Notes under the pieces: model-generated
Told to the model about the DNA's origin: nothing
The model's input: only the letters and a program-made list of their open reading frames with translations
Databases searched by the model: none
Shown here: positions 1-10,993 of the stretch, piece by piece
Numbering within the stretch: the stretch's first letter is position 1
How the letters are laid out: each line of letters opens with the position of its first letter
Translations under genes and position numbers: made by a program
Source of the DNA: Minutocellus sp. GHC0000111
Lineage: Eukaryota
DNA length: 64,000 bases
Direction: 5' to 3'
NCBI GenBank assembly: GCA_977018835.1
Contig: OZ361260.1
Location: 1,240,001-1,304,000, forward strand

Positions 1-797
1 GATATCCACATCTGTAGCAGCAGCGCCGTTGTCAGATATGCTTGCAATGGCCGTTCGACTCATGGCTTCATGTATAGTTGCCTCTGCCAACTCGTAGATA
101 CAACTGCCGTCCGATTCGACCACGAGTAGTCTATGAGCTACAAGGGCGAGAGGAGGAAAAGTTTTTGATTGGAGGGAAGGAGCAGCAACCAGCTCAAAAT
201 GACCGGCCACAAGCAGCCAGGAGAAACACGATGTGCTAGCTTAGAGAAACGCCGGGGCTTCCTGACAGTCAGGGCAACGACGGTATCTCAGATAAAATAG
301 GTTGGTCAACGCCGATAACAATATGTACATGAAGAGATCTGGCTGGGCCTCATGCGGTGGTCGTAATTGAGATCGTAGAGATGAAGTGGCGCCATAATTT
401 TTGACGTGCTAGCGTGGCAATCCCGAACTTTCGCGTGTGGCATAAGTGCTTGGTTTTCTGTATGACATAAGAGCGTGAGATGAAGAGACTCCTATGATGA
501 TAAAACGGGGAAATGTTTGGCTTTCGCCCGGGCTCTCGCACATTGGGGGAGAGAAAGAAAAAAACCCCAACTCCCATCTCTCTTTGTTGCAGCGAGTTAT
601 GTTCAGCATACATGTAGCTTAGTACACGAATACAATTCTATATAACCGCTTTCTAATTTCTGTGTTTACCTAGGTACGGTATCATAGGAATTCTTTGATG
701 AGGCAAGGTAAAATACCAACCAGCCCACAGAGCAGCAAGAGAGACCAAGCAAAAAGCACCACTTTCGAAATCTATTAATTGCATCGAATCTAAAGAT

Positions 798-2576
798 CTA
801 CAAGCCCAGATGCTTGGGCTTTGCGCAGTAGTCCCATTCCGATTTTCCTTCTCCTTCTTCCGATGTGCAGCCAGGGACAGGACCTTTCGGGTTGTCTTCG
901 TCTCGTTCAAAGCAAACCATGTCACCCCTTCAGATTCACAAAGCAAAACAAGAAAGATGTCGGTAAGGTACAGCACCCACATGCACATTAGTATAAAACG
1001 AGAGAGCAATAACAAGCCAATAAAGGCAAACATCGATCGAACGTACCTGCATTCATCATCTGGGAATGCAGGAACCGAGGAATAGGTGGAAAAATGAGGG
1101 CGAGATGAGAAGGCAGGTGCAGATGTTGTTATTTCATGTCAGAGATTGAACATTACGGAAGATAAATGAATGTAAGAATGAAGCTTGCAAAGAGCACAAA
1201 AGAAGAAACTTACCGCTGTCACAATCGCCCTCGCAATGTCCCAGCTTATCCCCGTCCTCAACATCACCATCGTTGGCTTCCGTTAGTCCCTTCTCATCGT
1301 CGTCGTCATCATCGTCGTCATCATCGTCCTCATCTTCATCATAATCGTCCCAATCATCTTTGTCAACACTGCAATAGTAGAAGGAAAGAAAAAAGCGTTG
1401 GGCGAGGGTCAGTTGTGTATCCCGGCACAATATAGACTTTCTACTTCTTCCGCTTCGCTCAAAGTACCAGACCAGCAAAGGAAACGAAACCTGAACATTT
1501 AATTCGCATTGCAACATTATCTCCAATCAAAATCAAGCACACCTACCAATAATCCCAGCCAGAACTACCTCTGCCGTCCTTCTCTGTGCATCCGGGGACC
1601 GGTCCCTTGTCACCGTCCTCTCGCTCAAAGCAAACGAGGTCTCCGCGACAGTCGTCGTCTGCCGTCCGTCGAGTCGTAGAAAAAAAGTCAGTATATGAGA
1701 GAATGATTATATCAGAACCAACACACTTCGACCTTCTTGCATTCATGCATGTACTCACCCGAGTCGCAGTCACCGCTGCACCGGCCTACAGGCTCAGAAA
1801 CATCACCAGCGATATCTCGCAGACCCTTCTCGTCGTCGCCGCCATCGTAATCATCTTCGTCAACGTCATCGTCCTCCTCTTCCCAACCCTCATCATCGAT
1901 CCAACGGATCTCCCAATACATGGCAGCACTTTTGATCGTAAATTTTGTCTCCGTTGTAGTCACCATTGGACCTCGGCCGGTGATTCATCGTTACACACCG
2001 ATCTCTGCCGTCATCAACGGCAACCTTGGGATTCAGCGCAAACTTTTCATCCTCGTCCGCTTCAAAGCCGCGGAAGAGCTGCCTATCCTCACTATCGTCG
2101 CATTCCTCCAGTTCATACTTCTCACCCTGTTCGTCGTTCCGCGTCACGCAAAGGTCGTCCGGACCCGACAGGACGTTCCTCGTCCTGAACTGCACGTACT
2201 TGCTGGTAACCTGCACGGCCTGCCATCTCTGGGCACGAATGTCCCGACATGGCTGAGTGATTATAGTATCGCCGGGGTTGCACCCCTTCTGGCCGACGCA
2301 CTGCCAACACCAGTGCTTCCCCCGGTACTCCCACTTGATTCCCTCGGTATACCAAAGCTTCATCTGAAATTTGTTGGTCACATCTGCAAGCTTTCTTCGC
2401 CTTGCTTTCTTGCCGTTGGCAGGTGCATGAGCGACCTCGTTATCGAGACCGCCAACGCCTGGTGCTGGACTGTCAACGCCACGTAGCGAAGACTCTCCTA
2501 CTACGGCAGAGGCAAGGAAGGGTAGGAGAAGCGCCGTTATCGCAGCTCTCTTCATCGTTATCGGAGATACCGTCAT
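798..2576 (-). CDS. Secreted ricin-B-like lectin plus two diatom-type Cys-rich (CxGDCD) repeats and acidic linkers; 5 exons (2576-1759, 1658-1547, 1368-1214, 1059-1047, 927-798); apparent frameshift near 1920
   Basis: Signal peptide MKRAAITALLLPFLASA; lectin-like WCWQC...QRWQ...LCV...LEEC...QLF. Splicing at GT-AG sites reconstitutes CSGDCDSDDDCRGDLVCFER...VPGC...WDYC and CEGDCDSDDECRGDMVCFER...VPGC...WDYCAKPKHLGL*. Confidence 0.75.
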
Positions 2577-2735
2577 TGTTTTCCCTCCGAGAAAAAATGT
2601 TGGCTTATTATGACGAAGATCAGCGGTACCTAGGTACCTAGGCCTAGGTAGGTAGCTTGATTGCTGATTGATGATGAAGCACCTTGTGGACTGAATCATA
2701 ACCACCCAATCCCTCTCTTCCAATAGCACTGAAGA

Positions 2736-3208
2736 ATGATCCGCCCCACCCTCCTCCTCCTCGTTGCCAGCCTCGGCATCGCCGCCGCCTTCTTCCGTCC
2801 CGCCGAGCCTCATCAGGTCCCGGCCGAGACCGTCCCCGTCACCGCCTTTGAGCGCGATCTTGACTTCGTCGAACACGACGATCTGGACAATCCGGACATC
2901 CCCGAGGATCCCAGCCTCCAGGCGGCTCGCAAGTGTGGCTTCTGCATTGGAGTGAGTTGATCCCTCTTGCTTTTGATTTATTCATTATTGTGTTTTGTCC
3001 TGATTTGATGCCTTGGCCTTCACTGGATATGAAACGAACACACGCACAAGTGCTACATTTGCGCCTTGATGTTTCTTTCTGTTGACACGTCCGTCCGCAT
3101 CGGATTTGCCTACATAAAAGATACCTTTTCGTTGTTGTCATCGACTCTTACTCACACTCGATCTGTTGCCTCACTCCATTCGTTCCTTCTTTGCCTGATA
3201 TGCAGTGA
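2736..3208 (+). CDS. Small secreted precursor, 72 aa, ending ARKCGFCIG; probable intron 2952-3205 directly before the TGA
   Basis: Hydrophobic signal peptide, acidic middle, CxxC end. GTGAGT donor at 2952; pyrimidine-rich TGCAG acceptor followed by TGA at 3206-3208. Confidence 0.65.
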
Positions 3209-3983
3209 GCCGGGCAGATGGAGAGTCCATTTCATTATCCCAATCCAAGAATTCAATTCGACGATGCTGCTTCTCGTTCCCCCTCTTGACCCATGTGCAG
3301 AGATTCGCTGATTTCATCTCACCCACTCTCCCTTTACTGACCCTAATGTAATTCACTTCACAGAACTGCCCCGTCTCCGGCTTGTAACTCTCCTTAGAGT
3401 TACGACGCCGTTGAGACGATGAGCCAGTTTGTCGCAGGATTTTCATTGTCGACGGGTGTTCCGTGTTCCTCTCCGCAAATGGAGACGACAGGAAACGCAC
3501 CGCCGACCTTCAAAATATCAACGCAATGTTGTAGTACAGCGAGAAGCTTGACATGCAAGCCCAGCTCCACGTTGTAGTCCAACCAAACGATCTGATCGAA
3601 TCTTAACACCAAGATACTTTTTCACGTTCTGTCAAGGATTTGCAAGAGCTCGGTAGCGCACGGTTTTCAGGAAGCAAAGGAGTTTTGTCATGATTGCTTA
3701 TTTACATGTCATGGCCAATACTTTGGACATCCCACCCGACGTAAATGACGGTCCGAGAATACCTCAAGGATAGGATCCGGACTTGATGTAACGCTTCAGT
3801 CTTCCACACTGGCTGCTGCAATTGGTTTCGGGGAAGATAGGGACCACAGTACTTCTTTGGTGCCGCCCTGTGCTGTCGAGAAACGGGGATTGATTCATCC
3901 ATATTTTTAAATTTATCTTATTGGTGAATAATCTAAACCTCTCTTTTGTACGTCAAGTGATATGCCATCGCATAAAAATTTAA

Positions 3984-5489
3984 TCATGTCATCAAAGACA
4001 GGAAGCCACCGAATTTGAAGCAGGAAAAATAGGCCGCCTCGGTGGTAGATATTCCATTACTAGTAGTAAGCTCTTCCTGATCAAAATTGTTTTCATCGGC
4101 GGCCTCTGCATCCTGGTCCTGAAAGACAAGCTGATCTTCCTCTTCATCAACATCCCATGAGGAGGACGATGGGAATGAAGGAATGGAGAGAAGATCACCG
4201 GCCTCGCTACCCATGATACTGGAAGCCACGGAGGAGCTGACGGAGGGGACGATATGGGGATGCACCTGAGTGAGATTATCAGAGGAAAAGTAGGCAGATG
4301 TGGTATCAGAATCATCAGCCAGTCCTTCTTCGTCCTCTTCATAAAACTCGACTGTGTCAAAGGAGTTGCTCTGAGTGATATTGAGAAGCCCTTGAATGTC
4401 CACACGAATTCCTTCGGGGGATGCAGTTGTCTCACTTGTAGGATCTGCCTCACATTTAGGACGCTTCTCTTCTTTGGAAGAAGGTGCGGCCCCATCAGAA
4501 GCTTCCGTCTCCTCTTTGTCGTCATCGCTGGAGTCGCAGTCACTGAAGAAGGATGTATCAGGGACAGTGCTGGGCGTAGTGATGATCTCATATCCGGACT
4601 GGCGAAAGACGTTGTTTGCCGAAAAGTGGTTTGCGTTGAAAGCCTCGAGATCGAAGGATGCAAACGAAGCGTCATTCCCGAAGGACTTTTTGACCGACTG
4701 ACTATCGCTAGTCATGAGCTGGAGAGATATCGGCTTCGAAGGCAGCCATTCATGCATTTCAACGACGCTTATGTTCTCATTCCAACTTGCATCGTCCTCG
4801 CGGATGAATGCGTCGATGTTGCGAGGATCAATTGAGTCGGCTTCTTGGTTGTTACTACCGGTACTTTCACTCTCGTCTACGCCTAGCATGGGCTTGGTCT
4901 GATCAACGGAAGGAAAAGTGCATTTGTCCCTTCGGCTTTCACTCATCTTCTTTCTGGAAGCGATCTTCTGGGTGAACTTCTTGAGGTTGGGAATATTGAC
5001 GATGCAGAGCAGAGGATTTTGACTGCCAAAATGTTCATGTCGTTTCTCGAACGGTCTCGTGGTCTCAATGATGCCGTCAAAATCCTTGTCATCCGTGAGC
5101 CAGCTCCAGCACTTTGGCGAGTGTGACTCTTGACATGGAACTGAAGAATCTTTTTTGGCGGGTTTGCTCTCGGTCTTGTGGTTGGCGACATTCTTCTTCT
5201 TTGTTGAATTGGAGATCATATTCGACTGGGCGATATCATTACTAGTAGAGTTTGATGCAAGGAAAGACATTTCGGCAATATATTTGAGGTTGATGCAACG
5301 AGGTTGGTATTTGTAGCTGTAAGGGCGGTAGATCGTGGTCGAGGCTGTTGCCATTCTAATGAAGGTATGAAAAGTGAGCTCACTGATCGTCCACAGCATG
5401 CGTTGGGATGCGTTCGAGTCGGGTAGATGCAAAGGACGAAAGGGAAAATTTAATCCAGATATTGATGAAGTGTTATTTTCTATGCTCAT
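3984..5489 (-). CDS. Hypothetical Ser/Asp/Glu-rich disordered protein (true start may be internal)
   Basis: 501-aa ORF with biased composition; no recognisable domain. Confidence 0.55.
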   Translation of the reverse strand: MSIENNTSSISGLNFPFRPLHLPDSNASQRMLWTISELTFHTFIRMATASTTIYRPYSYKYQPRCINLKYIAEMSFLASNSTSNDIAQSNMISNSTKKKNVANHKTESKPAKKDSSVPCQESHSPKCWSWLTDDKDFDGIIETTRPFEKRHEHFGSQNPLLCIVNIPNLKKFTQKIASRKKMSESRRDKCTFPSVDQTKPMLGVDESESTGSNNQEADSIDPRNIDAFIREDDASWNENISVVEMHEWLPSKPISLQLMTSDSQSVKKSFGNDASFASFDLEAFNANHFSANNVFRQSGYEIITTPSTVPDTSFFSDCDSSDDDKEETEASDGAAPSSKEEKRPKCEADPTSETTASPEGIRVDIQGLLNITQSNSFDTVEFYEEDEEGLADDSDTTSAYFSSDNLTQVHPHIVPSVSSSVASSIMGSEAGDLLSIPSFPSSSSWDVDEEEDQLVFQDQDAEAADENNFDQEELTTSNGISTTEAAYFSCFKFGGFLSLMT

Positions 5490-6063
5490 GCTTTGCGCGG
5501 AAGCAGCCGTTGGAGAGCTGGACTCTCAATGATATGAAATGTAGGAAATAGCAATGATGGTTGGGCTGGCGTGGGGTGTGTGACGAAAGCATCCGAGTTG
5601 TCTGTCGATATGTGCATCGACAGAAGACTTTTGGCTTTCCTTGTGATCACATGCCTTCTCTATTCGTGCATCATTCGAGGCCGTTTGGCATCATCCCGGA
5701 TGGCATGCCAATTCAATGGGTCCTGGATCCGACCAAAATTTCGAAAGGTTAGTCGGGACTCGACCCGAAGCGCGACTAAAGTATGCAAACAGATGGCACG
5801 GATGGACGGATGGACGGACGGGGTTTTGCAGGTTTTTTATCGATTGTTGCTCGATTCGATTCGATTCATTCCTCCATCCTGGGTGCCGGTACCGAAGCTT
5901 CTGCTCTTTAAATCAGAGGAGTACACATCGATTCCAGCAGAAGCTGCAGAAGCTGGTTTCATTTGCACAACATAAATTCCTCAAGTCGAGCTACAATTGT
6001 AGAAAAGATACCGACCGGTACATGTTACTCTATGTCTCTAATGTAGTTTTTTTCATCTTTCTC

Positions 6064-7515
6064 TCACCTCTCTTCCTCCTTCTCCCTTTTCAGCATCTCT
6101 CGGAATATTGTCCTCATGCCACCACAAGTTGTGGCGCTGTATCGCTCGGCATTTTCTTCCTCACTTGCCTTGATCAAATATTCATAACGCTCCTCCGTCG
6201 GTGGGTGAGAATCCAGAAAGCTTAGAATTGAGCCGCTGCTACCCATTACCTCCTCTGCTTTGGCTTCGCCACTTTCTGTATCATGTTTGTGCATGCGATC
6301 AAATACCTCGGCTGCCGCACGAGTATCGTAGCACCCCATCGCCGCTAGTTTGATTCCCAGGGAGTCAGCTTCCGCCTCAGCATCTCGAGAGTTTGCCGCC
6401 AATAGTGCAGCCCTGGAACCTGCCAACAAAGACATGAAACCTAAGGACAGAACTCCCTCTGTGGGATCAAGACTGAGCAACAAAACTTCAACCGTTCTCA
6501 GAAAGGTCGACAATGTATTCGAGTTGGACACATGGCCGAGTATCAAGTGACTCAGCTCATGGCCAAGAACGAGCGCCATTTCATCATCCGTCTGCACAAA
6601 TTGCTCCAGCATGCGCGTTGTGACAAAAATGCGCTGCGGCAAAAGCTCGGAAACAAATGCATTCGGAATGTCCGAGGTGACCAAATGAAACTTCCATCTG
6701 CCATCCATTCTTTGCTTGGCATGCGCCCACAGCCTGAACTCGTCGTCCTTGAGCAGGGTTCTATACAATTTGTTTTCATCATTCACAATATCCTCGGGAA
6801 GCATCTTCATCCGATCCGACATTACCTTTCGCAGTTCCTCTTCCACAAATTTGCGTGCTACTCCCGTCATTCTCTCGCCGACGAGTCCAACTCTCCGAAA
6901 CTGACGTTCGCGCTCATATGTGGTGGGCGTGTTGCCATTGGCGCCAGATTCGTTGACACCATCGGCGTCGCTACTAGGACCGGTGCTATTATCGGTATCA
7001 TCTCTAACTCGACTTTTGACGACTGTCGCCGCAGCAGAGGCAGCTACCGCGGTCGCTTTATTCTTATTTTCCCACGACCCCTCGGTGCTGGTGCGAAGGC
7101 CTTCACGGCTATAACACCCAACGCCAGCCAAAATGGTGGTGAGCAATTCATCCTGCTTTTGATCTGGATCTCTACTGTAATCAATGATGCCCTGTTGGTA
7201 ACCAAGGCCATACACGCCAAAGATGATGGCGGGGATTCGAACAATTCGTACGAATCTAGCAAATGCCTTGATTCGGCTGAATTCAAAGTAGGACTTGCGA
7301 CCGCCGCCTCCTGCGCCGCCCGATGTTGTTGCCTCTTTGGTGGCGACGGCGGTGAAGGGCCGTCGTGCCGATACACCAGCAGTCCTCCGCCATCGAAGAT
7401 GATGGTTGGTGACGCAAGGCCATCTACTTTTCGCGGCCGATGCACCGCTACCGCTGGCCAGAGACGGAACACGGGCCAACATTAGGATGCGGCATCCTCG
7501 ATGGGCGGCGAACAT
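6064..7515 (-). CDS. Peptidase M48 family zinc metalloprotease (OMA1-like, probably mitochondrial)
   Basis: PNAF, LGHELSH (HEXXH), EAEAD and FLDSHPP motifs; Arg/Ala/Ser-rich presequence. Confidence 0.85.
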   Translation of the reverse strand: MFAAHRGCRILMLARVPSLASGSGASAAKSRWPCVTNHHLRWRRTAGVSARRPFTAVATKEATTSGGAGGGGRKSYFEFSRIKAFARFVRIVRIPAIIFGVYGLGYQQGIIDYSRDPDQKQDELLTTILAGVGCYSREGLRTSTEGSWENKNKATAVAASAAATVVKSRVRDDTDNSTGPSSDADGVNESGANGNTPTTYERERQFRRVGLVGERMTGVARKFVEEELRKVMSDRMKMLPEDIVNDENKLYRTLLKDDEFRLWAHAKQRMDGRWKFHLVTSDIPNAFVSELLPQRIFVTTRMLEQFVQTDDEMALVLGHELSHLILGHVSNSNTLSTFLRTVEVLLLSLDPTEGVLSLGFMSLLAGSRAALLAANSRDAEAEADSLGIKLAAMGCYDTRAAAEVFDRMHKHDTESGEAKAEEVMGSSGSILSFLDSHPPTEERYEYLIKASEEENAERYSATTCGGMRTIFREMLKREKEEER

Positions 7516-8074
7516 ACCGGTAGGGATGGACTGAATGATCGATTGAGCAAGAGACTTGGAATGCTGGTAAGGTGCGGTAGGTGGCGTGGCGCTTTTTTAC
7601 TGTCGTTAAGAGGGCGCTGTCCATAACTTTTAGGAAGCCCCCAAAAAGCGTGTTTTGTGCCGTTTTTTCTTCGCACCATCGCCAAAGTTAGCACTCCAAC
7701 GTGACGATGGGCTCCTCATCGAAGGCCGCCGCTCTCCACAGTGGCGAAGAGTCATCGACGTTCCTTTCAGCATTAAGTCGGAAATCCCTCCAGGAACACT
7801 TGGTTCAGAGGAACTTCGATGAATCAACTCTCCCTCAGAAATATAATAGTCGACGTACACATCATCGTCGGATCGACCGAAATTAGTCTCGGCCGACGCA
7901 TAACCAGCATTGGTGATGCTGGTGGGAAGATATCTTGAAGTTTTGCTGTTGGGAGGTAAGGGGATATTTGTTTGGGGTATTTTTGCACGTCTCCCTCATT
8001 TGGGGTTCTTTTTGTAAGGTTCTCATCGAAAAGCGTATCTTGCGCCAGAACCGACACAAAACAAAAAAACAACC

Positions 8075-8753
8075 ATGGAAACATCACGTGCTAACGCCAA
8101 GGAGGCAATCCTCTCACTCTTGCTCTCATTCCCAGACGACGTCAGATGTACTTACTACACTATTGATGAGCTTGTCCGTATCTTGATGCGCGGTGGCGTA
8201 TCGCCGAGCTTAGAGATCTCTCTTGTTCGATCATCTCTTCAACACGTCCCAACACGACACGAGGTCAATATCCAACGACGACGTCCAGAGAAAATATCAG
8301 GCCTTGACGTTGCAAAGCCCTTCTACCGCTTCTCCAGAATAGCCGATAACGCCAGCCCACGCTCTCAACGCAATGGCAAGCGATCACTGCCGACCATACC
8401 TGAAAATTACTTCCAGGACGATGAAAAGCATGGGCCCCATCTCAACGCGATGCTATGTGTACAAGAAGAACAGGGCCCTAGCTGCTGGTAAGGCGAAACC
8501 AGCAAAGCCTGGCCGCAAGAAGAAGATTGACCAGCAGTGTCAGAAATGCAAGCAGCTTGGCCACACTCGGGCTGAATGTCAATGCGACGATGCTGACGAC
8601 GTTGTCGTTTACGCCGGAAAGAAGCGCAGAAGCCCAGGCAGCAACAAGAAATCTGCAAGAAATAATAAGAAAGCTAAGACAAACTTCGGTGTATCGGCAA
8701 ATGATGTTAGCTCTTGGATGCCAGCGATACTGAGAGAAAATGGCAGCTTGTAA
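8075..8753 (+). pseudogene. Probable transposase remnant: N-terminal piece (8075 to ~8460) joined out of frame to a basic C-terminus with a CCHC knuckle
   Basis: Two overlapping ORFs inside the TIRs; CQKCKQLGHTRAEC zinc knuckle; no DDE core visible. Confidence 0.55.
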
Positions 8754-8857
8754 ACACGTGTAAAATATTTTATCACTGTAAATAAAAATGGATTTATTGT
8801 GTGCTGTTACTCACGTGCTACGCACATTCTTGTTATCTACATGTGTTGAGGTAATGA

Positions 8858-10087
8858 TTATGCATTTTCCTCTTCTTCTTCCTCTTCATCTTGATGACCA
8901 GGGATGAATCCAACATATCGTTCACCTTTATCATTTGGATAAATGAACCTAATGCAAAAGACTAGACAGGTTGGCAAGGGCTTCCGATCAAGCCAACCTC
9001 TCACATGATACACCTCAGTTGCATAGTACCAATACAGCATGTTCCTCTTCAAATTATTTGCCATGGCTTCGACTGGCATGGTGGTTGCGTAGTATTTGTC
9101 AGCGATATCCTCCAGGTCCTCCTCCGTCGGCACCAGCATTTCTTCGCAGACGCATTTCTGAAAGAAGAGTGTGCCGTACATTGAGCAGCTTCGGTTGGCG
9201 GCAGTGCAGCAAGCAGGGGGTATTGGCGGCCTCTCTCTGGTCTCGTCCCAATTACCGAATGTGTCTGCCTCCGGCGCTGCCGTCGGATCATCGTCGGCTT
9301 CCTCACAAACGGCCGCAACAAGAGCATCCGTGTCCGATCTGATCGCTGCTGATGGCCCACCATCTACCTGCAGAAGTTGGCCCATTCCAACAATATCAAA
9401 ATCAACTAGTCCAATCCCAGCAGTAGAGTGTATGTCATCATATGGAGCCACATGCCATCGGTGGAACTTTGTCAATTTGATCACATGGCCCTGTTGTAGA
9501 CTTCGGGCCTTTTCGGTAATTGTCAGGGCAACACGAGCGACGATAAGCTTTCCGCTTCCATCAAGCAAAGTAAGCGATGTGGTGTTGAAAGGTCGGCCGT
9601 GCGCAGCAAGAGCCGATCCAATATCGATCCGTTTCCCATGAAGTTGAAATATAGGGAAGAATTCAGGTCCGGCGTCAAACATGGGATCTTGCAATTGATC
9701 GACGATGCCGACCGTCAGCCTCAACTTCACATCAGCCACGGACAGGTTGGTAACTACGAGGCCGGGCCGCTCAGCAGCGACATCAATATCATCCCGAACA
9801 TGATACTTATCAGCGCGAGCCTCGACTGCTTTGACAAGATGTTGAAGTGCATGGCCGACGCCGGGATTGTTCCATAATTCTCGTCCTTGTCCGTTCGGGT
9901 CGTTCTCCAACGTGACGGCGAGGCCCTCCAGTATCTCGGTAACGGCGTCTTTCGCTTTGTCCTCCGCCTTCTCTTTCTTCTTGTCAACAGGCAAAATCGG
10001 GCGACCGGAGTTATCTGTCTTGAGTTTCCGCAACCGCGTATCTGCGTTGTGGGCCGGGCCGGCACTATTATCAGCGCTGCGCTTCAT
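8858..10087 (-). CDS. KolX-like accessory protein: RPA70N-like OB fold plus P2X7-ballast-like Cys-rich C-terminal domain
   Basis: Intact 409-aa ORF. The C-terminus KRNMLYWYYA...RKPLPTCLVFCIRFIYPNDKGERYVGF resembles the ballast consensus LPxCxxxxIRxxFP...YxGF. Central LTLLDGSG...LQQGHVIKLTKF is OB-like. Confidence 0.7.
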   Translation of the reverse strand: MKRSADNSAGPAHNADTRLRKLKTDNSGRPILPVDKKKEKAEDKAKDAVTEILEGLAVTLENDPNGQGRELWNNPGVGHALQHLVKAVEARADKYHVRDDIDVAAERPGLVVTNLSVADVKLRLTVGIVDQLQDPMFDAGPEFFPIFQLHGKRIDIGSALAAHGRPFNTTSLTLLDGSGKLIVARVALTITEKARSLQQGHVIKLTKFHRWHVAPYDDIHSTAGIGLVDFDIVGMGQLLQVDGGPSAAIRSDTDALVAAVCEEADDDPTAAPEADTFGNWDETRERPPIPPACCTAANRSCSMYGTLFFQKCVCEEMLVPTEEDLEDIADKYYATTMPVEAMANNLKRNMLYWYYATEVYHVRGWLDRKPLPTCLVFCIRFIYPNDKGERYVGFIPGHQDEEEEEEENA

Positions 10088-10327
10088 CGTAATGAAGAGG
10101 GGGCAGAGCGGCGATTCTCATGGTGGGGTCGAGTTTTTGTCATGCTTCGCTCGTCATAAGAAATAAGAATAAGGGGGATTAAAAACGGGGAAAATTATGG
10201 ACAGCGCCCTCTTAAAAACCCGGAAGTAGCATGCAATGCGCATGCATGCATGCGATGGCGCCAGCTCACTTTCGAACTTGCAGCCACTTGAGAGTTGGCA
10301 GCGAGAGGCGGTGGAAAATAGCCGAAG

Positions 10328-10993
10328 ATGAAGGCAAGAATACACCGCCCATCCCTCGCCCGCGCTGCTGCTCTATTCGCATCGGCACTTTTGTTGGCGC
10401 CCGGCTCCTCATTCGCTCACGCCTTTACCGCTGGTACATCTTTGCGATCAGCTGCCGCTACAAATAATAATCACAGACGGAACTTCATGATGATGTTTTC
10501 AGGCGGCGGTAGTGGCGATGACGTCGACGAAGGCCAAGCAAAGGAAAAGGTTCCCATCGGCTCCTACAATCCGCTTCGTTTGGCGGTTCTCAAATTGGGA
10601 TTCACGGAGTTGCGGTGGACGTCTCCCCTCAACTACGAGAAAAGGGATGGTCAATACAAATGCGCAAATTGTGGAACACTTCTGTTTACTGCCGACGGCA
10701 AGTACAATTCAGGAAGTGGGTGGCCCAGCTTCTTCCGAACGGCCGAGGGCAAGGTTTCCATGTGCCGCGAGTGGGATGGGAGGATCGAATGCCGCTGTGG
10801 CAAGTGCGAGGGTCACTTGGGACATGTGTTTCCGGACGGGCCAAGACGAATGGATGTGGTGGACAATGCCGGTATTTTGGATGGCATTCCCGCATCAGAT
10901 TTGCAGGTGGGCGACCCAAACAAGGCTAATTCTCGTCTACCGCGATGCTGCATGAATGGGGCAGCTTTAAAGTTTGAGCCGGCAACGAAGTGA
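10328..10993 (+). CDS. msrB: Peptide methionine sulfoxide reductase B, probably plastid-targeted
   Basis: YKCANCG...KYNSGSGWPSF...CGKCEGHLGHVFPDGP...RCCMNGAALKF; SP + AHAF presequence. Confidence 0.9.
   Translation: MKARIHRPSLARAAALFASALLLAPGSSFAHAFTAGTSLRSAAATNNNHRRNFMMMFSGGGSGDDVDEGQAKEKVPIGSYNPLRLAVLKLGFTELRWTSPLNYEKRDGQYKCANCGTLLFTADGKYNSGSGWPSFFRTAEGKVSMCREWDGRIECRCGKCEGHLGHVFPDGPRRMDVVDNAGILDGIPASDLQVGDPNKANSRLPRCCMNGAALKFEPATK

Larger units (their letters stand above)
7610..10211. mobile_element. Kolobok-like DNA transposon, internally deleted (non-autonomous), 2602 bp
   Basis: Perfect 17-bp TIRs GAGGGCGCTGTCCATAA (7610-7626 and 10195-10211); TTAA on both sides (7606-7609, 10212-10215); two convergent genes inside. 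Confidence 0.85.

Noticed and set aside
1..240. Open minus-strand frame running off the left edge
   Set aside because: Possibly an exon, but there is no recognisable motif or start.
2730..2876. Minus-strand FDEVKIALKGGDG resembling an Obg GTPase N-terminus
   Set aside because: It is the antisense of the small secreted ORF, and no GTPase domain follows.
3300..3910. Short ORFs between the peptide gene and the Ser-rich gene
   Set aside because: No coherent frame or motif.
7610..10211. piggyBac assignment based on TTAA
   Set aside because: Termini are GAG rather than CCY, and the second gene is KolX-like. Sola3 is not fully excluded.
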